DNA of 64,000 bases, from positions 1,925,328 through 1,989,327 of the forward strand of contig ML992503.1 of NCBI GenBank assembly GCA_010093995.1, read 5' to 3'. Position numbers and translations under genes: made by a program. The notes under the pieces are model-generated. The model saw only the letters and a list, made by a program, of their open reading frames with translations. It searched no databases and was not told the DNA's origin. This DNA is from Elsinoe ampelina (taxonomy: Eukaryota). The number at the start of each line of letters is the position of its first letter. Positions within the stretch are counted from its first letter, which is position 1. Below are positions 1 to 10,075 of the stretch, in pieces.

Positions 1-145
1 TGCGTACCATCGCTTTGCGATCCCTGGTGGAAACGGGACGAGCAGGGAGACGTGCTTGGATCGATTGACCTTTAACGCGGAGACAGGACTCATTGACGCC
101 GTCAAGCCGACGCTGACAGGTGTTGAGGCCAGGCCTCTTGCGTAG
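1..145 (+). CDS. 3' end of a probable glycoside hydrolase family 43 protein (partial, runs off window)
   Basis: Frame from nt 2 reads AYHRFAIPGGNGTSRETCLDRLTFNAETGLIDAVKPTLTGVEARPLA-TAG(143-145). YHRF...RE..DRL.F...G.I..V.PT resembles the last blade of GH43 beta-propellers. Confidence 0.6.
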   Translation, partial: AYHRFAIPGGNGTSRETCLDRLTFNAETGLIDAVKPTLTGVEARPLA

Positions 146-603
146 ATAGAAGACAGATTGGATATTATGAAAAGCTGAGTGGCAAGCCTCGTATCATCAA
201 AGATGCATCGTGTGAAGTGCATTGCTTCGACCACTCGTTGGGCCGATAGTCTGGTACATCTGTTCTCGATCCGCGGTGCAGCCGCATATGCTCGAGCGTG
301 ACACCCTGCTGCCCAACATGATCGTCTGGACCTTAAACAGATATGTTTGTTGTTGGAAGAAAGGATTAGACCACATGAAGGGTGCCGCCGAACAAAGAGG
401 CTAGAGTATCACAGCCAATCACAGCACGTTCTGTCTCGCCCGGACCGATCATCCGCCGAGCAACGACATCATCGGAAAACAGTCCAAGCCGCCAGGTTGT
501 TGAAGGTACTACTATTATTCACAAATTCCCACAGCTCTACTACAAGGATACCTCACTTTCCAACACCACTCTTCCACACTCGCAAACGAATACAGAACTC
601 ACA

Positions 604-1731
604 ATGCCACCACCACTCCAAATCTCCATCCCAACGACCCACACCTCCCCGTCACCCTCCCCTCACACAGTCTACAACATAACCCTCACCCTCCCCCTCC
701 GCTCCCACATCCTCCAAAAACGCTACTCCGACTTCCTCACCCTCCACAGCACCCTCACCTCCGAAACCAAACTCGCCCCACCCCTCACCCCACCCCCGAA
801 ATCCTGGCTGCGCTCCACCGTCTCCTCCCCCGACCTCGTCGAGACCCGGCGGCGCTCCCTCGAATCCTACCTCCGCGCCATCCTCGACGCAGACGACTCA
901 CGATGGCGCCAATCCGCAGCATGGCGCACCTTCCTCTCCCTGCCCGCGAACCTAGTCGCAAAACCCGCCTCCTCCTCCTCCTCCTCCACCGCCGCCGCGG
1001 CTGCTCCAGGCCCAGACGCCCTCGACGCCAACGCCTGGCTCGCGCTCCACCGCGAGATCAAGTCTCGCATCCACGAAGCCCGTCTCGCGCTGCGCCAGAG
1101 GGAACAGGCTTCCACGACGACAGAGCAGCATGCCGCCGCGGCGGAGGTCAAGGCCGCGCTGGTCAAGGCCGCGACGGGCATCGCGCGGTGCGAGGGCGCG
1201 CTCAAGACGCTGGCCGACGGGGATAGTTGGGGCGGCGGCCTGGGCGACGGTGAGGTCCGGCGGCGGCGGGATTTGCTGGTTGCGGCGCGGAAAGAGGTCG
1301 AGGGGCTGGAGACGCAGTTGCGGGGATTGGCGGTCAAGAGCCTGGGGCCGGGAGGGGAGATGGGGAGCGCGGTGGCGAGTGGGGCGGATAAGAAGGGGTT
1401 GTGGGAGGGGACTGCGGTGGCCTCGGGAGGGGCGGGGCAAGGGAAGGGGCCCATCAAGACTGGACGGGTGTTGGGAGCGCATAAGGAGACGGAACGCACG
1501 AGGGAGTTGGACAATAAGCAGGTGTTGCAGTTGCAGAAGGATGTGATGGTGGAGCAGGAGCAGGATGTGTTGGAGATTGGAAAGGCGGTGAGTCGGATGA
1601 AGGAGATGGGGATATTGATCAATGAGGAGCTGGTGGTGCAGAATCAGATGCTGGGCATGTTGGAGGGGGATGTGGATCGGGTGCAGGGCAAGTTGGACGT
1701 GGGGAAAAAAAGGATCGCGAAGATCCATTGA
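604..1731 (+). CDS. VAM7: Vacuolar SNARE Vam7 (PX domain plus C-terminal Qc SNARE motif, no TM)
   Basis: ATG at 604. PX motifs VYNI...KRYSDFLTLH...PPK...RRRSLESYL; C-terminal GRVLGAHKETERTRELDN...QEQD...INEELVVQNQML SNARE heptads. Intronless. Confidence 0.9.
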   Translation: MPPPLQISIPTTHTSPSPSPHTVYNITLTLPLRSHILQKRYSDFLTLHSTLTSETKLAPPLTPPPKSWLRSTVSSPDLVETRRRSLESYLRAILDADDSRWRQSAAWRTFLSLPANLVAKPASSSSSSTAAAAAPGPDALDANAWLALHREIKSRIHEARLALRQREQASTTTEQHAAAAEVKAALVKAATGIARCEGALKTLADGDSWGGGLGDGEVRRRRDLLVAARKEVEGLETQLRGLAVKSLGPGGEMGSAVASGADKKGLWEGTAVASGGAGQGKGPIKTGRVLGAHKETERTRELDNKQVLQLQKDVMVEQEQDVLEIGKAVSRMKEMGILINEELVVQNQMLGMLEGDVDRVQGKLDVGKKRIAKIH

Positions 1732-2010
1732 GATGCATATTGATGGCGTGGGATTTCATGTTTCGATTCAGCGAGCGAGCAAATCTTTGCACAGAGCATA
1801 ACCAGTCTGGACCTGATGTCAATTTATTGCTTTTACCGGACTTTGTAGATGATGATCTGAGATGTTCACCCTTTTGACAAGATGAAGAGACTATCTGCTC
1901 CTCCCAATGCTCCCACCTTTTTGCACGCCTGCAAGTCTGCATATCGACTGCGAGCTTCATGAGCGGTCTGACTCGAGAGGTTCCGCTGGCGCGACATTGT
2001 GCCGAGTCGC

Positions 2011-3466
2011 TTATTTGCCGAGGCTAGGGAAGGCGGACGAGTCGGAGATGTTGACGGGGCCGCTACCGCCACGTCCACCCCTGAAAGATCCACGCCCCTC
2101 ACCACGGTCACCACCACGGTCGCCACGATCGCCACCACGGCCGCCACGAGGACCACCTCGGCCACGACCTTCACCGCGACCACGGCCACCCTCGCCACGT
2201 CCACGACCGCCACGGCCTTCACCACGCCCTCCACGCCCTCCACGTCCGCTGTCGGTCTCGACCCAGGTTTGGTCAATGTCGAGGACCTGCTTCTTCTCGC
2301 CGCGTTCACGAGCGCGACCCTTCTTGCCACCACCACCGATGATGAAGTTCTCTTCTTCATCACGAGTGAAGGCCTTGCCCTCAGGGAACTTCTTGCTGCT
2401 TCCCTCGTTGGCTTGGCGAGGGGCCAGAGGGCGGTCGTTCAGAGCGGCCTGCTTCTCGAGCTTCTCGGCGAGGTACTGCTCGTACGACTTGGTCTTGTCT
2501 TCTGGCTCGAGGTCGTTGCCTGAGACACCGTTCTCGTCAACAGGAGTGTCGTCGACGACAATGCCCTCCTTCTCCTCCTCGCGAGCGTCAGCGAGACCAC
2601 CCTGCTCATCCTTGAACTCGCCTTCGGCGGTGTTCTCTCCCCAACCATGGCCGGCCTGCTTGTCGTGGTCGCTTGGAGAAGTCAGTCAAATTACGGGTAG
2701 AGTTATCGAAGCACGCACGCAATGCCAGTCCTGCTGTGACGATCGTCACGGCCAGTGCGGGTGCCGCGCGTGCCTCTCGCAGCGTATCCAGCAGAGCCGC
2801 CACGGGAGCTGCGACCACGACCACCAATGTCGCGGTGCTCATTAGGCTCTATGAATGATTAGAATTGTACAGTGCAGGTTGTGTTTGAGAGACAACGCAC
2901 CCCGTAGGCGGTCACGATGACGATCCTGGCGAACACCATCGTCGGTGGGCTTCTGGCGGTTTTGAACGGCACCAGCGGTCTTATCGCGGATTGCTGTACG
3001 TGAAGATCAGTCGAGTCCTTGTTCACTGGCTCGAGTCCTTTTGTCGGAGCTCGGGTCCTCCCTGGTATAACTGACCTCGCTCGTTGCCAGTGAAGTTGTC
3101 GCGACCACCTCTCGCAGCGCTCTCGCCCCTTGCGGCAGCCCTGGGCACTACATCACCCCCAGTGGCCCTCTTCCCTGTGCGGGGAAGGTTCCTGTCGGCG
3201 ACCTTTGTTGGCGGATCGGGTGCTCGGTCTGGGTCGAGCTCTGGGTCGTTGCCTTGATAATGTCAGAAGGAAAGCTTTTACACAGCTGAAAAGAGCTCGA
3301 AGTACCCAGCAACTCGTAGATGTTCTGCAGGATAATATGTCAGCCGATGTTTCGCGTTCCATTGAGCTTGATGTAACGGAATTATTGTATGCAGCTCGCC
3401 GCGTGACGGTCGAGTGCATGGGCGAAGAAAGAGGTTGCGCACCTTGCTAGCCACGGGATCCGACAT
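2011..3466 (-). CDS. STM1: Stm1/HABP4-family ribosome- and nucleic-acid-binding protein, 6 exons
   Basis: Spliced N-terminus MSDPVASK|NIYELL|GNDPELDP (Stm1_N), DRHSRTG and KQAGHGWG motifs, RGG-rich region, C-terminus AFPSLGK-TAA (2011-2013). Confidence 0.85.
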
Positions 3467-3935
3467 GTTGTGGCTGTCTCAATGATACCAATTGACTAGA
3501 TCGAAGCCATGTCCCGAGTAAAGTCGAATAGTGAACTGTGACGATGCTGTGGATGCGACCTGCAACGTCTCCAATGAGGTCAAGCCTGGAAAGAGAAATG
3601 GCTTGTGGCTGCTTTGCTTTCAGTGATCTCACTCTGCCGAAGATGAGCCGGCTTGCCGGCAGACATGGTTCATGCAAAGGTGTGAACGCGATCTCACGTG
3701 TTTTCCTCCTCACATGGTATTGTCACTCATTGGACTATCACTTTAGGTGCGGATGACCGTATCAAAAGTACGAGACTGATTCGGTTGTCCGTCTAATCAT
3801 GCTTTTGCCGTCCTGTGCTCCAGCTCACTAGCATTAGTGAAAGGGTATATGTGCATAATCAACAATGTTTTCCCCCCACCACGCATTCCGGCCGCTTGCT
3901 GTCATAATGTCGTGTCTCTGGGCGTATCTCATCAT

Positions 3936-5516
3936 CTACTTCTCCGGTGGTTGGTCAAAGGAGTAGTTGGTCGGAAAGTGCATGCTGGCGGTGAGTCCGA
4001 ATGGATCAGCATCCAGCATTGGATCAAATGAGTCAAATGCAGCCTGGCTGCCAGGATAGACGTTTGACTGGTTCGTCGATGGTCGTACTCGAGAATGGGG
4101 CTGCGTGGGCGGTTGAGGTGGTGGTTGCTGCACATGAGGTGGCTGGAAGTCTTGGAACTGTTCACCAAGACCAAATTCCCCACCGTCAAATTCGTCCGGT
4201 AGCTGATGTCGATCGTGGGGTTCGTGTTCGAATTGAATATCTTGATGATGAGGGGCATCATATTCTTGTTCTGCAATGAATCAATCTAGGACGAACAGAG
4301 TTCTACGAGGACAATTCGGGGTAACTTGCCGAGTTGATCAATATGATTTTGAAACTGCTTTGGATACGCGTAGCCTGGCGGCATGTGCGAGTGGCCCGCT
4401 CGTGCAGTATTCATCGACCGCGAACTGCCTGTCGAGGCACTAGACATCGCGCTCGAGCTAGTATACTGCGACGACATTGGACGGTGATTCGGTCGGGTCG
4501 CGTGCTGTTGTTGGATAACAGGAGAAAGCTGGACCTGACCTTGAGCCATTACGGTGGATACCGGAGAAGATATCCCACCTTGTTGGACCGAAGCTGTTGA
4601 GCGATTCGACATGGCCGTAGGTGATGATGCATGAGATGATGGTGTCGGCTGACCAGTAGGGCTTTGCATAGACATTGAAGAAGTGCGAGGCATATACTGA
4701 GCAGCGGGTTGCACACGGGCGTTGACACTTTGATACGATCGTCGAGCTTGCTGACGATTGACAGCAGTTCTCTGCAGAGGAGTCGGAATGATGGGTGCGG
4801 GCATCGGGGTCGGCAGGTGAGATGGGTCAAAAACAGGACTTCCCGTCTTGACTTGCAGTTCAGCTTGCACGTCGATGCCTGAGGAGCGTCAGCGACATCA
4901 ACAGAAGGCAATACTCTTGGGTGAACAGACCCTTCTCCAACAAGATCCTCTCAAGCAGAGAGTTCTTGTACCTCAGCATCAAGCACTCATCTGCAGCACT
5001 GCGATGACTCTGTTGCAAGCTGCGCAAAGCCTCTTCATGCTGCTTTATCGTAGCTTCAAGCTGCTTGATGTACTCGCTTCGACGTTCACGAAAGGCAGCC
5101 TGGGCCTGCCTATTACGTTGCTTGCGTTCTTCCGAGGTCGCGTAGATCTTACGCTCAGTCAGTATGGCCATCACGGTGGTCGACAGAACCCATGCAGTCG
5201 GGTCAAAGAGGATAAGAAAAGCACGTGGGCAGGCGAAGATATGAGTGATAGCGGCCGCGGGGTTCATCAATGAAAGGCTTGGATCACTCACAGGCTTACG
5301 GCCGCCCTTCCGTTTCTGTGGTTGCTGCTGATCCGGGGGAATCGCAGCGGAATCTGTTGCGGGCGCAATGTCTGGCTCTGGCGAGGAGCCGAGTGAGCTT
5401 GGTGTATCGCCGCCGATAGCCTCTATCTTTGGGGCTTCGGCCATGGGTTGGTCATGCTGTTGTGCGTCTGCATCGGCCCTGGACGCAGCAGACGAACTGC
5501 TGCCGGCCATGTGCAT
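3936..5516 (-). CDS. bZIP transcription factor (conserved Pezizomycotina family), 4 exons
   Basis: KRKGGRKP|IYATSEERKQRNRQAQAAFRERRSEYIKQLE basic region plus zipper; C-terminal FDPMLDADPFGLTASMHFPT. Introns 5291-5148, ~4920-4880 and GC-AG 4329-4271. Start is 5516 or 5510. Confidence 0.85.
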
Positions 5517-6735
5517 GGAACGTGCCGGGTCGAAGGAGCCAATGCAAGGGCGCGCTGAATGAGGTGCTCGGCGCTAGTGCGGCAGGAGGGTGTGCCAATA
5601 GGACGACGTTGGCAATCGACTTATCAATGGGAGAAAGATAAGAGAAGGGAGGGCGAGAGATGAGGTAAAGAGTTGGGTAATGAAAACAGGCCCGACTTCA
5701 GTAGTGAAAAGCGGCACCAATTCCCCTCGTTCTGAATCTGCTCCCGACAACGGAAGCGACGGAAAGACTTTTCTTCTCTGGCGTGTGTGGCTCCCCTCGG
5801 CTCTTCTGAGAAAAAATGGAAGGACGCTGCAACGCTGTGTGAAAAGTGCTTGCCTTTGCCTCCACCTCCACCTTCTTCGCCAATGACAACCCCATCAAGC
5901 AGCGATGTGACAACGACGCCGCTGACATGCAGTCAAACACACGCCTCCTTGACGGCCGTCGACCCCTCGAATGGTTCCATCGAGTGTCGAATGACTTCCA
6001 CCGTCACGTCTCAGCAGCGTATAATTTCCTGTTGTGGGCAAGTGCCCGTCGGCGGACCGCTGTGAACGCCCTCCTTCCTTCTTGGCTCAAGAGCATTTCC
6101 GGCGCTTCTCCGCTGAAACTTGGGCGACCTCGAGGACTACATCTGATGCGATTGATATGAGACATCAGGGCCATGAGCTGGAAATCTCGTGTCTTTGCCG
6201 AGATGCTGCAAGCTCTGACTGCAGCAACGCAGCGCGCCCGGCTCTCCCAAAGCTTCCACGCGGCATACTAAAAGATTGAATACGTGTTCGTTGGTCGTTG
6301 CTATGATTTCTACATGCTCACGGTCATTGTCGAAGTGCTACTTCAGTATAGGTTAGTGGTGTGATAATGTTGGGAGTAAGATACCAATTGCGAAGGCGCA
6401 AAGTGTCGTTGACTTGCCGCCCGATCTGCTCTTTCCCTCTCAGTCCAGCGACCTCACTCCCACAGCCGGACACTTCAGTCCCGGTGTGTCGGTATCACAC
6501 ATTACCAAGCATCATGTTCTGGGAGTCTTTGATATTTGAAGCAGCTCACACCCCTGGTCGTTCGATACCTCATCAGCTCGCACCTGCAGCTCTGGTGGTT
6601 CTTTGGATGCATATTACAACACCAGGTTATCCATGCGCGGAAACGATCTAGGCCGCCTGACGCCTTTCACCACACTCGCCACAGCAGACCACCATTGATG
6701 GAATTTGACGGCTCTCGTTGCACAGCGCCTGGCTC

Positions 6736-9354
6736 ATGGCTAATCGCTACCACCTACGTCCGAACGTGCAGCGTCCGCCGACGGACTCGCAGCACGGCTG
6801 GTCGCAACCTACAACACCCATCAAAGACTCTTCAAGCATTCTACGACCATTATCGGACATACGAGAAATTACAGAACCGAGCATCGCCGACGTTGCAACA
6901 TTGCGAGCGACCCAGGAAAAGTCAGCAGCGGTGTCAGGTGCCCCTCGACAGACATCCTTCAAACAGAGCGGCACCAGCAAACGTACAAATTCTGTCAGGA
7001 TTGTGGAGCCACAGCCATTGTCTTCCAAGTCCAAGGGAAAGCAGAAGGTGGAATTGGCGCCGCACTTTTCTTCGACTTCAGAGGAAGGCCTAGAAGGCTC
7101 GGACACCTACAGCCTGCCAATCGCCAGCATACCCTCGCGTCATTCGTCGCAGAACGTCAAAAGTCTTCCTCTCGGCAACAGCATCACAGTGGACGGCCAC
7201 GCTTTTCCAGCAGTGCCTCGACGAATACCAGATCGAGGTCGTAGCACTTCTCCTGTCAGACAGATCCGCGATCGCCTTGATCCTGTCAAATCCGACACGT
7301 CTCGCCGGATACCTTCTGGAACTTTCATTCGAGATCCATGCCCTTTTGACATTATTGACCAACCCGTTGCGAGGCACAACCGAATCGCTGCTCAGCTCCA
7401 GGTCGTGGCTCCTCTTTTCGTTGGTGGAGGCAGCATTGAAGGCTTCGCTCGCATTGCAGTCAATGGTGTCGACTGGTCTAGACAAAGACGTCCCTTACTC
7501 GTTTCTCGAATCTCTATCGATCTTTTGGGAATCGAAGAGTTGGGTGGTCAACATCGTCGGTCAGTCTTCCTTTCGCTTGCAACCGAGCTGCTTAACGCCG
7601 AACATCCGCCCCCGAATGATATGGTTGAGTCAACAACACCTTTGTCATTTCGAGACTGCCTGTGGATCCTTAAGCCATCGGTCTCCCATCTACCATTCCG
7701 CATCAGCCTACCACTTGACGTCGGGCCTGCGCCTTTCAAATCCAAGACTGCCCAAATCCGCTATTTGCTTTCCATGTCGATATACGCTAGTGAGAATGGC
7801 AGTCCTGTCATCATCAGACAGTCACAAGAAATCAGCGTCCTCTCGACGTACGATCGTGAGTTCTCAATTTCTGCCGCGATGCACTAAGCTGACGCTGACA
7901 AGCTGAAAGAGCCCTCCGATCTCTGCCGAGTCCACTGACAGCGTTTGACGAAATTCACCTGGCTCGACATGGTCAAGTTGAGACGGTTCGACTTACGGCT
8001 GGTCTTCATCGTCAAGTTTGGGTTAGTGGAAGCAGTATCTTTGTGGACATCCATGTTGCAAACAACAGTCACAAGACATTGAAGAAACTTGAGCTTAGCG
8101 TCGAGAGGGATATTCTATACTACAGGCATGCTGCAGCTTCGACGCTCGAAAAGTCAGCAAGCCAGGCACGAATATTCCAGGATAAGGAACAGACCGTGCT
8201 GCGGAAGACCAGCTTGAAAGTCGGCAAATACGGCTGGAACGGAGTTAGTCCTCACAGCAGTGTGGTCAGGACTTGTGATATCGAGTTGCCCCGAGGCCAT
8301 ACTACTGTCAGATGTGGTCAGTCACGTCTCTGCATGGTTTCCGACTCAGCATTAACATGCTCCCAGGCAAATTCTTCGAGGTCCGGTATTTCTTGAACAT
8401 CACGATCGGCAGCACACACATGTGAGCAAACCAGTACTTTTACTTCGATGACGCTGACTCTTTTCAGGCGGTTCCTGTCTGTACAGTTGCCCATCATCTT
8501 GATACACATGGTACGTCACTTCAACCGAACAGGTAGATAGTCACTGATACAGTTAGAATTCGCTCGACGTGGTCCCAAACGCCGTGAGTCAGGTAGCAGC
8601 TGCCATCGAAGAGAAGCGCGCAGCACATCAGCAGACACAATCTCGCAAGACGTCTGGACAAAGCTCAAATGCTGGAAAGCTTGGTCAACATTCTCGAGAC
8701 CACTCCTCTGCCTCATCAGCGCCGTCCAGAGCACGAATCACCGACCCATCGAGGATGCAAGGCAAGGCTTTTGCGGCCCCTAGACAGCAATCACTCGAAC
8801 AACGAAGAGCTCATGCATCGGAATTACAAGGGATTGGCCAGGCACTGGACAGATCGCCTCGCAAGTACAAGCGACACAACAAGTCATCCAATGCCTCACC
8901 AGCGAAGACTGGTCAAGGTGCTCAGTCTGGACGTTCACAGGGGAACGCTTCCAACCATGACCATCGCTACGCGCAGCAGCACAAATTTGCCTTGCACAAT
9001 GCCCCTTCAAACAATTCCCTCGGTGGTCTCAGTGTTGGATCATACACTGTCCTGAACGGCAGTAACATGAATGTCCACATGGATGGGCAAAGTTTGAGAG
9101 TTCCAATCGGACAAAGCGCTGGAGACTCCATGAGGCAAAAGCTGAGAGGTATGAAGAGCTTGGATTCATTCCGACGGACACGGACAGAAATCTACCATAC
9201 TGGACCACGATACCACGACCTTACTCATGGCGCGCTAGACAACATCTCTCGACCTTCCATAGGCCGCAGACATCACGTCGTGGATCAACTCGGCTTGCAG
9301 CTGCCACCATCGGCACTAGGCTTGTCGAATCCTCGACCTACGCGCAGCATGTAG
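6736..9354 (+). CDS. Arrestin-domain protein, 5 exons; possible C-terminal extension to 9684
   Basis: PLFVGGGSIEG, LPFRISLPLDVGPAPF, RLTAGLHRQVWVSG, DIHVANNSHKTLKKLEL, KFFEVRYFLNI, VQLPIILIHM|NSLD arrestin N/C-fold motifs across GT-AG introns (first 7856-7902). The 5' end is uncertain. Confidence 0.8.
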
Positions 9355-10075
9355 GAACGAAGCCCGGATCGAGGACGACATCAGCGCTCTGACCCATCAG
9401 AGGCCAGGCACAATCGACAACCAAGTTTAGCCAGAAGAGCAAGCGTGCGGCTCCGAGATAGCTTTGACAAAGGTCGTTTTGAGTTTGCAGCAGTCAAGCA
9501 AAAGAGCACCAACGGGATGATGGATTGGTTCAAGAAGAGCATGCATAAATCGAAAGATGATGCTGGGGCGACAAAGGAGACGGGGATGGACTGGTAGAAT
9601 CAGGGTTACGGCATGTCTGGAGCCAAGGGGAGTGCTATGGAGAAGACCCAGAACAAGGGCAAGGAACGGGAGGGTTGGATCTGAGCATGTTGGATTGTGG
9701 ATGGCCGGGGATGCAAGACCAGAGATGCGTAGAGACGGAACATCAGCATCGTTATCAAAGATCTCTTTCTGTGTGTCCTCACCAATCGCGCCGGGGGCAA
9801 AACAAGACGAAAGTGGCTTGAATCGTGATCGTCCTTTGGCCTCGAACAAAGGCTAGTTGTATGCTGTCTGAAACTTTTTCGCCTCATCTCGGGCGTGAGT
9901 ATGATACAATGCAATCCCGTGTACGCCGGCCCGTTCCCCTTCGTGTATAATATACAATGCCACCCCTCCATCCTCACGCTTTTCACGACCCCATCCTCCC
10001 CTCTTGTCCCCTGTCTCCTTCACCCCTCCACCCTGCCCTCGTTCCGTTCCGTGACCAGATCTCTCCCCAAGACAA

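Noticed and set aside
867..1728. Long antisense and alternate-frame ORFs over VAM7, and similar ones over PIG-P, FAF1 and THR1-ADE7
   Set aside because: Shadows of GC-rich, skewed coding sequence; low-complexity translations with no motifs.
6361..6735. Additional 5' coding sequence for the arrestin gene
   Set aside because: Some protein-like stretches, but they are interrupted by stops and I could not build a consistent splice model; left unresolved.
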